DNA of 32,098 nucleotides from a virus: positions 1 through 32,098 of IMG/VR virus record IMGVR_UViG_3300045988_100140, one strand, 5' to 3'. The translations under genes and the position numbers were made by a program. Under the pieces are notes generated by a model. It was not told where the DNA came from and made no database searches. It saw only the letters and a program-made list of their open reading frames with translations. This document shows, piece after piece, positions 15,689 through 23,433 of the stretch. Numbering within the stretch: position 1 is the first letter of the stretch; each line of letters begins with the position of its first letter.

Positions 15689-15809
15689 AGTCTGCGACAC
15701 CTTATTTATCGCAATCAAGGACATTAGAAAGTATTTCCCCCCGAACGGGGCGGAAGAAAAGGAGGATAAACATGGAATTCGCAACCAACACATTTATCCG
15801 GTGGTTTAA
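15531..15809 (+). CDS. HTH DNA-binding protein (XRE/Cro-like)
   Basis: 92 aa. A strong SD (ggaggagg) precedes it. HDQTTLAKRTGMTRQQISDRMTGK is an HTH. Confidence 0.75.
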   Translation: MPKKIDTYRKLRALMLELGHDQTTLAKRTGMTRQQISDRMTGKVPWSLEEAYKVCDTLFIAIKDIRKYFPPNGAEEKEDKHGIRNQHIYPVV

Positions 15810-16005
15810 CCCGAATGAGATCGTACCCAGCAAGGACGAGCATTACCTGTGCCAGATATCGCCAACCCACTATGCTACCTTGCTATTCAGCACCAAGCAT
15901 CAGGCGTTCAATGTCAGCGGAGATAATCTGGAGACCGCTATCGAAGTCCAGTGGTGGGCATTTCTGCCGGAGCTGCCGCAGAAAGAAACGGAAGATGAAG
16001 AATAA
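15772..16005 (+). CDS. Hypothetical protein (DUF551-like by eye)
   Basis: 77 aa with SD aaaggagg. Trp-rich, with an acidic tail. Confidence 0.6.
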   Translation: MEFATNTFIRWFNPNEIVPSKDEHYLCQISPTHYATLLFSTKHQAFNVSGDNLETAIEVQWWAFLPELPQKETEDEE

Positions 16006-16207
16006 GGCAGCCGTAGCCCTCTACCATTTCCTCATCACCGCCATGATTGCCGCATTAGTTACGCTGACGATCTTTGCAGGGGCACCACATGGTCTGACCT
16101 ACGATGACCGGCAGCACATCGGCGGAGGAGATGCAGGAGAGGCAGACGGAGCATCAGAGTATGTCGGCGGGAGGATCTACCCGCCGGAGACAGGAGGAGT
16201 GACATGA
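15995..16207 (+). CDS. Small membrane protein
   Basis: An ATG internal to ORF 15815..16207 gives MKNKAAVALYHFLITAMIAALVTLTIFAG... (70 aa, one TM helix). The upstream part of the ORF overlaps the preceding gene. Confidence 0.45.
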   Translation: MKNKAAVALYHFLITAMIAALVTLTIFAGAPHGLTYDDRQHIGGGDAGEADGASEYVGGRIYPPETGGVT

Positions 16208-16323
16208 ACAGGAAGCAGAAAGCGGAGATCATCGAGTGGGTTAAGGAGGGGTTGACCGTCCTTCTGGCATTTGTGACCATGATCGGCTGGCTGATTATCT
16301 TTATGGGGGTGGCACCCCAATGA
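16204..16323 (+). CDS. Small membrane protein (39 aa, below the ORF-track cutoff)
   Basis: SD aggaggag lies 5 nt upstream. MNRKQKAEIIEWVKEGLTVLLAFVTMIGWLIIFMGVAPQ*. There are ATGA-type overlaps with both neighbours. Confidence 0.45.
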   Translation: MNRKQKAEIIEWVKEGLTVLLAFVTMIGWLIIFMGVAPQ

Positions 16324-16676
16324 CGCAGAACGAGCGAATCAAGGCCATTCGGGAAGCATTCCCCGGATACAATAAGCCTCTAGACAGCATGTGCAAGAAA
16401 CCGGGGTATTACGGAATTCGGCGGACAGCCGAAGCGGAAGCGCTGATATCGGACAAGCCCGGCAGGAAGCGGGAAGCAAACTATAAGCTGTCTGTCCGTA
16501 TCCCGCTGGAGTTCGTAGACATGGCAGAGTTCCGGCAACAGCTTATCGAAATGGGCTATTGCAATTTCACGGCATGGGTGCTGCGCTGTATCCGCCGCCA
16601 GCAGGAGGAGTACAAAAAAAGAAAGGCCCCCGCCAAAGACGGGAGCCAATCCACCACCACAAATATACAGGATTAA
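16320..16676 (+). CDS. Hypothetical protein
   Basis: 118 aa, translationally coupled to the preceding gene, with a basic C-terminus. No family recognised. Confidence 0.65.
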   Translation: MTQNERIKAIREAFPGYNKPLDSMCKKPGYYGIRRTAEAEALISDKPGRKREANYKLSVRIPLEFVDMAEFRQQLIEMGYCNFTAWVLRCIRRQQEEYKKRKAPAKDGSQSTTTNIQD

Positions 16677-16690
16677 AGGAGGAATGTCAA

Positions 16691-17278
16691 GTGCTCGTAT
16701 ACAAAGGAACAGATAAGGACATGAAGTGCCGAGGCTTTCAATTTGAGCTCGGCAAGGAATATGAAGAAGCAGAAGCAAAGCTTTGCAAAAAAGGATTTCA
16801 TGGATGCGAATATCCGCTTGATGTGTTCGCGCATTACGCCCCTGCTGATAGCCGGTTCTTCGTGGCTGACCTTGATGGTGTGACGGACGAAACGGAAAGC
16901 GGCGATACCAAGCGGGTTGGAACCAAAATCAAGCTCCGGGCGGAAATCGGCATTGCCGGCATCGTAAATGCTGCGGTTGAGTACATAAAAGAGCGGGCTG
17001 AGGAATCCGAGGACGCTACCGGCTACCGGAGCGCAGCTACCAACACCGGCGACCAGAGCGCAGCTACCGTAGAGGGCAAAGAGTCTGTTGCTGTCGTGAC
17101 CGGTCGAGAGAGCAAGGCGTCCGGCGCACTTGGCTGCTGGCTTGTTCTCACTGAAAGGGAGGTCTGGAATGGTGAAACCTATCCTATTAAAGAGGTACGC
17201 GCTGTAAAGGTAGACGGCGAGACCATAAAAGCTGGTGTTTTTTACAAGCTGAAAAGCGGAGAGGTCGTAGAAGCATGA
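16691..17278 (+). CDS. Conserved phage protein, DUF7666-like by eye
   Basis: GTG at 16691 follows aaaggagg. VLVYKGTDKDMKCRGFQFELGKEYEEAEAKLCKKGFHGCEYPLDV... is followed by G-x-x-S-A-A/V repeats and the tail ...VDGETIKAGVFYKLKSGEVVEA. Confidence 0.65.
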   Translation: MLVYKGTDKDMKCRGFQFELGKEYEEAEAKLCKKGFHGCEYPLDVFAHYAPADSRFFVADLDGVTDETESGDTKRVGTKIKLRAEIGIAGIVNAAVEYIKERAEESEDATGYRSAATNTGDQSAATVEGKESVAVVTGRESKASGALGCWLVLTEREVWNGETYPIKEVRAVKVDGETIKAGVFYKLKSGEVVEA

Positions 17279-17472
17279 ATCAATATTTCGTACCGGATCA
17301 GCCGATACCGGATTATGTCGATCATTATGACAACGAACCTCACATCTGCCCGGAATGCGGGTGCGAAATCAATGAGGCCATATACATCAAGGACGGATAC
17401 GTGATCGGCTGTGAACACTGCATCAAGGAATTTGACGCAGGAGACATCGAAGCCGACAAGTATTTCGAGTAA
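17275..17472 (+). CDS. Small zinc-ribbon protein
   Basis: 65 aa with a CPECGC...GCEHC (CxxC...CxxC) arrangement. ATGA overlap with the previous gene. Confidence 0.65.
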   Translation: MNQYFVPDQPIPDYVDHYDNEPHICPECGCEINEAIYIKDGYVIGCEHCIKEFDAGDIEADKYFE

Positions 17473-17482
17473 GGAGGATAAA

Positions 17483-18190
17483 ATGATCAAATTCAGACCG
17501 CTGCGAGCGGACGAGGTTGACCTTCGGGTTGACCGCTATACATCGAGAGGGGCTGTTCTCCTCTGCTATAAGGACGCACGGTGCGACATGCGCATTCTGG
17601 ACGAAACGGTGGGCGCCGAAAACTGGCAGCGGGAGCACTACGAGTGCAAAGGGAACCTGTTCTGCCGGGTGGGAATTCGAATTGATCCACAGCATGACGA
17701 ATGGGCATGGAAAGCTGACTGCGGAGCCGAAAGCTACACCGAAAAGGAAAAGGGCGAAAGCTCCGACAGTTTCAAACGCGCCTGCTTTAACTGGGGCATC
17801 GGGCGCGAGCTTTACACCAAAATCAACATTGTTGTCCAGATGAAAACCCAAAAGAACGCCAACGGCAAGTTTGAACCTGTGGACAGCAACGACAAGTGGG
17901 CGCGGTTCACGGTGGCGGAGATGGAAGTACACGGCGAACAGATTACATATCTAACGGTAGCAGACAAAAACGGCAACATCGTATTTAGTTATGGTCAGCC
18001 CGGCGAGCCGGTTGAGGATATTACTGCCACCTGCGACCGCTGCGGAAGAAACATCACTCCGATCATGAAAAAGGACGGCTCCATATGGCCTGTCCGTGAG
18101 ATTGTCCCCTACACGGAGAAAATGTTCGGACGCCACTTGTGCGGGCCTTGCATGAAAGCCGCAAAGGAGGCCGAAAAGAATGGAGCTTGA
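17483..18190 (+). CDS. Single-strand annealing protein, Rad52/Sak-like, with a C-terminal zinc ribbon
   Basis: ATG follows taaggagg. ...DARCDMRILDETVGAENWQ...SSDSFKRACFNWGIGRELY is the Rad52/Sak signature by eye. CDRCGR...CGPC lies at the C-terminus. Confidence 0.8.
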   Translation: MIKFRPLRADEVDLRVDRYTSRGAVLLCYKDARCDMRILDETVGAENWQREHYECKGNLFCRVGIRIDPQHDEWAWKADCGAESYTEKEKGESSDSFKRACFNWGIGRELYTKINIVVQMKTQKNANGKFEPVDSNDKWARFTVAEMEVHGEQITYLTVADKNGNIVFSYGQPGEPVEDITATCDRCGRNITPIMKKDGSIWPVREIVPYTEKMFGRHLCGPCMKAAKEAEKNGA

Positions 18191-18527
18191 CCTGTGGATT
18201 GAACTGCAACAGAAATCGGCACAGCTTAATACATCCGTTAAGACCTTGCGAAATTCGGGAAGCGAGTATGCTGCAGCGGAGCGGGACTATAAAGTCCTTC
18301 TCCGCACCGAGTGCTTAAAGCTGAAAGACGAAGGTGTTGCCATCGGCCTGATCGACAAGACCTGCTACGGGATACCGAGCGTGGCAGAAGCAAGGTTTAA
18401 GCGAGATGTTGCCGAAGCAGTCTACAAGGCGAACTTAGAGGCCATCAACAGCCTTAAACTGCAAATCAGGATCATCGATAACCAAATCGGCAGAGAATGG
18501 GGACAGGCTGGGAGGTGTGACGGTTGA
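18180..18527 (+). CDS. Hypothetical protein (recombination module)
   Basis: 115 aa, helical, and overlapping both neighbours. Confidence 0.65.
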   Translation: MELDLWIELQQKSAQLNTSVKTLRNSGSEYAAAERDYKVLLRTECLKLKDEGVAIGLIDKTCYGIPSVAEARFKRDVAEAVYKANLEAINSLKLQIRIIDNQIGREWGQAGRCDG

Positions 18528-18862
18528 AAAACGACTGGGGCGCAGAGCTTGACCGAAACGGATACGCTCCAAGCATCGTGCAGTCCGATACCTCCCGATG
18601 CTTCCTGTGCCAGCGCAGCGGCGTAAAGCTCGACCGGCACGAAATCTTTGGCAACGCCATGCGATCCAAAAGCAAGCGCATGGGGCTTTGGGTTGCGCTG
18701 TGCCACGAGCCTTGCCATCTGACCCATGCACACGGCTGTGCAGAGGTGACGGATTGGCTGCACCGGCTGGGCGAGCAAGCCTGCATCGACAACTATGATT
18801 TCACGATCCCGATGTTCCGGGAGGAATTTTACGCTAACTATTTGGAGGAGACAGAATGCTGA
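18524..18862 (+). CDS. Cys/His-rich hypothetical protein (possible metal-binding nuclease-like)
   Basis: 112 aa containing CFLCQRSG...HEIFGNAMRSKS...LCHEPCH. Confidence 0.6.
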   Translation: MKNDWGAELDRNGYAPSIVQSDTSRCFLCQRSGVKLDRHEIFGNAMRSKSKRMGLWVALCHEPCHLTHAHGCAEVTDWLHRLGEQACIDNYDFTIPMFREEFYANYLEETEC

Positions 18863-19251
18863 ACAAAGCAATCCTTACAGGGCGGCTGACGAAAGCCACC
18901 GAGCTGAAACAGACCCAGAACGGCAAGAGCGTATGCAGCTTTACCATCGCCGTAGACCGCAGCCGTGACCGGGAAAAGACCGATTTTATCCCCATCGTAG
19001 CATGGGGCAAGACCGCAGAATTCATCAGCCAATGGTTTGGCAAAGGAGACCTCATTACCATCGCCGGACGCATCGAAGTCCGCAGCTATGAGGACAAGGA
19101 CGGAAACAAGCGCACCGCCACAGAAATCATCGCAGAGGAAGCCTTTTTCGGCGGAAGCAAGAACAACGGCAAGACCGAGGAAAAGCCCGCAGAGAGCGAG
19201 CATGGCGGTTTTGAAGAAGTTGAGGACGACCCGAACGACCTCCCTTTCTGA
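18856..19251 (+). CDS. ssb: Single-stranded DNA-binding protein
   Basis: MLNKAILTGRLTKATELKQTQNGKSVCSFTIAVDR...IVAWGKTAE... is an OB fold. The acidic tail ends DDPNDLPF. Confidence 0.95.
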   Translation: MLNKAILTGRLTKATELKQTQNGKSVCSFTIAVDRSRDREKTDFIPIVAWGKTAEFISQWFGKGDLITIAGRIEVRSYEDKDGNKRTATEIIAEEAFFGGSKNNGKTEEKPAESEHGGFEEVEDDPNDLPF

Positions 19252-19267
19252 CGGGAGGTGAGGAGGA

Positions 19268-19966
19268 ATGGCAAAGGAATACTTCTGCGCGTACCACAGT
19301 TATCTGAAGTCCATACGAAACCTATCTGACGCAGAGTGCGGGAGGCTCTTTAAGGCGCTGCTTCAATACAGTGCTGGAGAGCAGCTTATCAATCTTCAGG
19401 GCAGAGAAGGAATCGCTTTTGACTTTATCTGCGAGCAAATCGACAGAGATAACGAAAAGTACGCCGAAAGATGTAAGACTAATCGGGAAAACGGAGCAAG
19501 AGCAAACGCTACCGAATGCCCCCAATCGGTACCGAACGGTACCGAACGCCCCCGAACGGTACCGAACGCCCCCCAAGGAAAAGGAAAAGGAAAAGGAAAA
19601 GGAGAAAGAAATACTTCCTCCGGAAGTAATCCCCCCCTTACCCCCCCAAGGGGTCATTTGGAGGTATCGGCAGAATTGTCGGAAAGCTGGAACGGCTTTT
19701 GCGAGATGCGAAAGAAGATCAAGAAGCCTCTCACTGATCGGGCGGAAAAGATGATCCTGAACGAGCTGGAACGTCTTGCGCCGGGAGATGACACGACAAA
19801 GGGTCTGATCCTTGACCAGAGCGTTAAGCATTGTTGGCAAGATGTTTACAAGCTCAAATCTGCCGAGGTTCAGACAAAGGATAATCCGAGTTTTGACCTT
19901 GAAGAAGCAGAGCGGTTGATGGACGGAAACACAACGATGCGGCAGACGATGGAGGAGAATGCATGA
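19268..19966 (+). CDS. Replisome-organiser-like protein (DUF6291-like N-terminus, DnaD-like C-terminus by eye)
   Basis: 232 aa. MAKEYFCAYHSYLKSIRNLSDAECGRLFKALLQYS.... The central linker is encoded by tandem DNA repeats. Confidence 0.65.
   Translation: MAKEYFCAYHSYLKSIRNLSDAECGRLFKALLQYSAGEQLINLQGREGIAFDFICEQIDRDNEKYAERCKTNRENGARANATECPQSVPNGTERPRTVPNAPQGKGKGKGKGERNTSSGSNPPLTPPRGHLEVSAELSESWNGFCEMRKKIKKPLTDRAEKMILNELERLAPGDDTTKGLILDQSVKHCWQDVYKLKSAEVQTKDNPSFDLEEAERLMDGNTTMRQTMEENA
19508..19630 (+). repeat. Iteron-like tandem repeats inside the replisome-organiser gene (candidate ori)
   Basis: GGTACCGAACG occurs at 19529, 19539 and 19559, plus a degenerate gctaccgaatg at 19508. CCGAA(C/T)GCCCCC occurs three times. 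(GGAAAA)4 lies at about 19577..19600. The inverted repeat acttcc-tcc-ggaagt lies at about 19612..19628. Confidence 0.7.
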
Positions 19967-20643
19967 GTGACCAAACAAGAGCATTACGCTATAAGCGCCC
20001 TGCGCTGGCATCGATGGGAGCGCAGGCAATAACGGCAGAACTCGATGACATCGTGGAGGCGTGTGACGGCATCAGATACTATGTGGAGCAGGCTGATGAC
20101 GACGAAACGCTTTTGAATGCGCTCGATGGAGATGAAGACGCAGAGTGGGAGTTCCGAATGGCGTTTGCTGATCTGGCAGCGCAGGCAGACCAGCTCCAAA
20201 CGATGCTTTACGAGCAAGATTTTGAGGACTTTTACAGGGACTTTGACGATGCGACAGTCGCATTAATCGGGAACCGATACGACTTGGTCGGCTACGACAC
20301 CGATGAGGAAGATTACTTTTCCCTAACCAGCTACGAAGAACGCCTCGCAGAAACGGAGGCAGGGAAACGGCTTTGTAGATTGACAAAAGCGGAAATGATA
20401 TCCCGTATCGGTTGGGCCTTTGGCATCACACTGGCGTTTTTCGACCTCCGGCAGCGGTACGACTATCTGAAAGCGACATTCGACATCCTGCGCTATGAAA
20501 ACACATCGCTCATCGAAACGATCAAGGAAATCGAGAAAGCATACGAGGCGATGGCAGAGGACGGATTCCACGAATGGGAGGAAAGCACGAAACACTTTAA
20601 TCGGTTGATTTGCGCTCTCCCAGACAGAGCGTGGATCGAGTAG
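19963..20643 (+). CDS. Acidic hypothetical protein
   Basis: 226 aa. The N-terminal two-thirds are visibly Asp/Glu-rich (DDDETLLNALDGDEDAEWE...DFEDFYRDFDD...YDTDEEDY). Confidence 0.7.
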   Translation: MSDQTRALRYKRPALASMGAQAITAELDDIVEACDGIRYYVEQADDDETLLNALDGDEDAEWEFRMAFADLAAQADQLQTMLYEQDFEDFYRDFDDATVALIGNRYDLVGYDTDEEDYFSLTSYEERLAETEAGKRLCRLTKAEMISRIGWAFGITLAFFDLRQRYDYLKATFDILRYENTSLIETIKEIEKAYEAMAEDGFHEWEESTKHFNRLICALPDRAWIE

Positions 20644-20651
20644 GAGGAAGC

Positions 20652-21220
20652 ATGAAAATCACAATCCCCGAAATCCCGCCATCGCTGAACAAGTACGCAG
20701 GACGGCTGAACGGCTGGGAGTACCGAGCAGAAAAGCAGAGATGGATCGGCCTGATGCGAGCTTACTGCAAAAAGCAAAAGCCGATGGACAAGGCCATAGT
20801 GACCATCACCTATGGGGAATCAGACGAGACAAGCAGAGACCGTGCAAGATGTGCGGGAAGCCGGTCAACAGCTCTCACCCGAAAACGGTTTATTGCGAAG
20901 AATGCAGGAAAAAGGCTGCGAATGAGTGCGCAAAACGGAGCGCAAGGAAGTATTCGACAAAAAAGACATGCGAATACTGCGGGAAAGAGTTCCGCGCCCG
21001 GACATCGCAGAAATACTGCTCGCAGGCGTGTTATCGAAAGGCGGTTGCAGAGGGCAAATATAAGCGCACGAAGAACTGGCTGCGCCGCCGTGATGGGAAA
21101 ATCGACATCGAAATACGCATAGCGGGTAAGACATCTGACCGGCTGGAGGGTGTTGACTATTACGATGCGAGAGAGATTTGGCCCGTGGCTGGCTTGGGCA
21201 GGGATATGCAGCACTGGTAA
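20652..21220 (+). pseudogene. RusA-like Holliday-junction resolvase gene disrupted by a frame change and carrying a double zinc-ribbon segment (pseudogene, sequencing indel or chimera)
   Basis: In frame 0 from 20652, MKITIPEIPPSLNKYAGRLNGWEYRAEKQRWIGLMRAYCKKQKPMDKAIVTITY is RusA-like and then degrades into Arg/Ala-rich sequence. The -1 frame continues ...GIRRDKQRPCKMCGK...CEECRKKA...CEYCGKEF...YCSQACYRKA...RRRDGKIDIEIRIA to 21220. The switch point is near the G4 run at 20814..20817. Confidence 0.5.
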
Positions 21221-21290
21221 CGGTGGACGGAAAACTGCTTAACACGATCCCGCAGATAACAAAATTCTTTGGATTTGGGAGGGAGGAAGT

Positions 21291-21593
21291 ATGAAAGACT
21301 GGATAGCTGCAATCACCATAATTGCCTGCTGCGCAATCCTGTTCTGGACAATGGGACAGCTAATGTCTGTTGATGAAGCGTGCAGCGAGGAAGAAGAGAA
21401 ATCTGCAAAAAAGAAAATGAAAACAGGAACAACTATTTGCATCATCGGTATTGCGCTTTTCTTAATCGTCCCATCTTCGGAAACGGTGATGAAGATGGTC
21501 ATAGCCAAAAATGTGACCTACGATGCCGTAGACGCTGCAAAAGATGTGGTAATCCAAGTTTACAACGATATTTTGGCGCTGTTCCAAAAGTAA
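21291..21593 (+). CDS. Small membrane protein
   Basis: 100 aa with SD gggagggagg. Two hydrophobic helices flank an acidic/basic loop. Confidence 0.6.
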   Translation: MKDWIAAITIIACCAILFWTMGQLMSVDEACSEEEEKSAKKKMKTGTTICIIGIALFLIVPSSETVMKMVIAKNVTYDAVDAAKDVVIQVYNDILALFQK

Positions 21594-21604
21594 GGAGGTA
21601 CAAC

Positions 21605-21964
21605 ATGGACGCACTGGAATTTATCAAGGAAGCAAAGAGAATGTGCCAAAGCTATGAGAAGTGTGAAGCCTGCCCGGTTTATGGCGATGGATATGATGAT
21701 TGCCGCATTGACGCTATGCAAGATATTGATGAGGAGATCGCTGTGGATATCGTGGAAAAGTGGGCGCAGGAACACCCGGAAAAGACCCGGCAGAGCGAGT
21801 TTTTGAAGCTCCTCCCGCAGAATGTGGTTCCCAAGATGAATGGCGATGTGCTTGATATTTGCCCAGCGGTGTTTATAAGTGGAGGCTTGATGGTCTATTG
21901 TCCAAGAACAAGTTGCCAGAACTGCAAGGCGGAGTTCTGGAAAGGGGAGGTGGCACCAACGTGA
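21605..21964 (+). CDS. Cys-rich hypothetical protein
   Basis: ATG follows taaggagg. 119 aa. The C-terminus is ...NGDVLDICPAVF...CPRTSCQNCKAEFWKGEV. Confidence 0.65.
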   Translation: MDALEFIKEAKRMCQSYEKCEACPVYGDGYDDCRIDAMQDIDEEIAVDIVEKWAQEHPEKTRQSEFLKLLPQNVVPKMNGDVLDICPAVFISGGLMVYCPRTSCQNCKAEFWKGEVAPT

Positions 21965-22545
21965 AAATTCCAAAAGAATATGGCGATAAAGTAAAGCGTT
22001 ATATCGCGCTCCACGAAGAAAGTGAAAAACTTTTTGAAGAAGTGTCGGAATGGCTGAACGAATATAGCGCCGATGGCGTATATATCAATTCGCTGTTTAT
22101 TACAACGGCGCCTACAGGACAACTTCAAAACGACGATGAATACTGCGATCAGTGGGCTGGATATTGTGAAGATGATTTCAGCGGAAACTACTACCATCAA
22201 ATTGAGGGGAGTGAAGAAAATGAAGTAGCAGAATGGATGAGATGCACACATAATCACATAGATGTGTCGGATTATTGGTACTGCAAATCAGGCAGCAAGA
22301 AGGTTGGTTGGAGAAGGGGCACACGGCAGAATTGGTATATGGAAAGGAACCCGGATGCAAAGCTGGACAAAAATGGGGTGTTAAAAATATGCCCAAGAAA
22401 GTTTGATCGCAATTTCAACGGATGGCCAATTGGATGCGAAAAAGATAGATGCGATAAGCCCATGTGCGACAGATGCAGAGGAACTTACTGGGAGCATGAG
22501 GTTGTGTTCAACGAAAATGGGCGGCTCCGCAGCCTCTTGGAATGA
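21961..22545 (+). CDS. Cys-rich hypothetical protein; its C-terminal domain is paralogous to the preceding gene
   Basis: GTG at 21961 (GTGA overlap) follows ggaggtgg. The C-terminus is ...NGVLKICPRKF...CEKDRCDKPMCDRCRGTYWEHEV. Confidence 0.65.
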   Translation: MKIPKEYGDKVKRYIALHEESEKLFEEVSEWLNEYSADGVYINSLFITTAPTGQLQNDDEYCDQWAGYCEDDFSGNYYHQIEGSEENEVAEWMRCTHNHIDVSDYWYCKSGSKKVGWRRGTRQNWYMERNPDAKLDKNGVLKICPRKFDRNFNGWPIGCEKDRCDKPMCDRCRGTYWEHEVVFNENGRLRSLLE

Positions 22546-22562
22546 AAGGAGGACAAATCGGA

Positions 22563-22820
22563 ATGAAAAGCGAAGACATTACAAAACTCCCGTATGCACC
22601 ATGGCTCGAAGACGCAATCCGAACTTTGACAGAGCACGATGTTTGCTCGGCTTGCATTGTCGCAAAATTTGACGAAGGGGACACCATGACCGGCTACTGG
22701 AACGCAGATGCACAAGATAAGGCAATTTTCGCCCATAACATCCAGAGCGATATTGTTATGGACATCGTGCAGCAGAACGCCGGAATCATAAAAGAGGCGA
22801 TGGAGGAGGGCGATGAATGA
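22563..22820 (+). CDS. Hypothetical protein
   Basis: ATG at 22563 lies about 10 nt after aaggagga. An alternative ATG at 22542 overlaps the previous stop. 85 aa, acidic. Confidence 0.6.
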   Translation: MKSEDITKLPYAPWLEDAIRTLTEHDVCSACIVAKFDEGDTMTGYWNADAQDKAIFAHNIQSDIVMDIVQQNAGIIKEAMEEGDE

Positions 22821-23257
22821 TAGACTACAAAAAGATCTGCAAGTGGGAGCTGGGTCGATATTACGAAAAGCTGCTTGCCATCGAAAGCCTGCAGGACGAG
22901 ATCGACACGCTGAACGCCCGCATGGAGGGCATCAGATCTCCGGCAAGAGATGCCACACCTGTGCAGGGCGGCAGCTCGACCGCCGAGGAGCGCATCATCA
23001 ATGCCATCTGCAACAGGGATAACCTAACCGTCAACCATGAGCTGGTTAAATGGCAAGTGCGCCAGATGGAGAGAGGGCTTTCTGTGCTTACCGACCAGCA
23101 GCGCAGGATCCTTGAGGTTGCTGTTATGCGTAGAGAGCACAACGCCATCGACAGACTGTGCGACGAGCTGCACATCAGTAAATCGGAGCTGTACCGCAGA
23201 GAAGATGAAGCGCTCCGGAGATACACTATTTGCCGATACGGTGTGACCGAGCTGTAA
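22817..23257 (+). CDS. Late-gene transcriptional activator (RinA/ArpU/DUF722-like, sigma region-4-type HTH)
   Basis: 146 aa. ...VLTDQQRRILEVAVMRREHNAIDRLCDELHISKSELYRREDEALRRY is an HTH at the C-terminus. It is the last gene before the packaging module. Confidence 0.7.
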   Translation: MIDYKKICKWELGRYYEKLLAIESLQDEIDTLNARMEGIRSPARDATPVQGGSSTAEERIINAICNRDNLTVNHELVKWQVRQMERGLSVLTDQQRRILEVAVMRREHNAIDRLCDELHISKSELYRREDEALRRYTICRYGVTEL

Positions 23258-23433
23258 AACTTGGGACAAATTCGGGACGCGAAACAGGCCTAAATATATT
23301 ATAATATATAATGGGCGAAGCCCATACAGCAAAGGAGGAATAATGGAAGCTACTTGTTGGAGCTGTGGCAAAGAAATCCTAAAGAGGAAACTGAAAATAA
23401 ACGCAAAAAGCGCCGGGGGCATCCCGGCAACCT

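Noticed and set aside
19508-19600. CRISPR-like array
   Set aside because: The units are only 6-11 bp, directly tandem with no spacers, and lie inside a coding linker. No cas genes are present.
19322-20029. 235-aa minus-strand ORF opposite the replisome-organiser gene
   Set aside because: It is antisense to a gene with a recognisable N-terminal domain. Its FSFSFSFS stretch is simply the reverse complement of the GGAAAA repeats.
20610-21122. 170-aa frame-0 ORF as an intact protein
   Set aside because: Only the first ~55 residues after the ATG at 20652 look like real RusA-like protein. The rest is Arg/Ala/Ser-rich sequence that mirrors a better coding frame (20741..21220).
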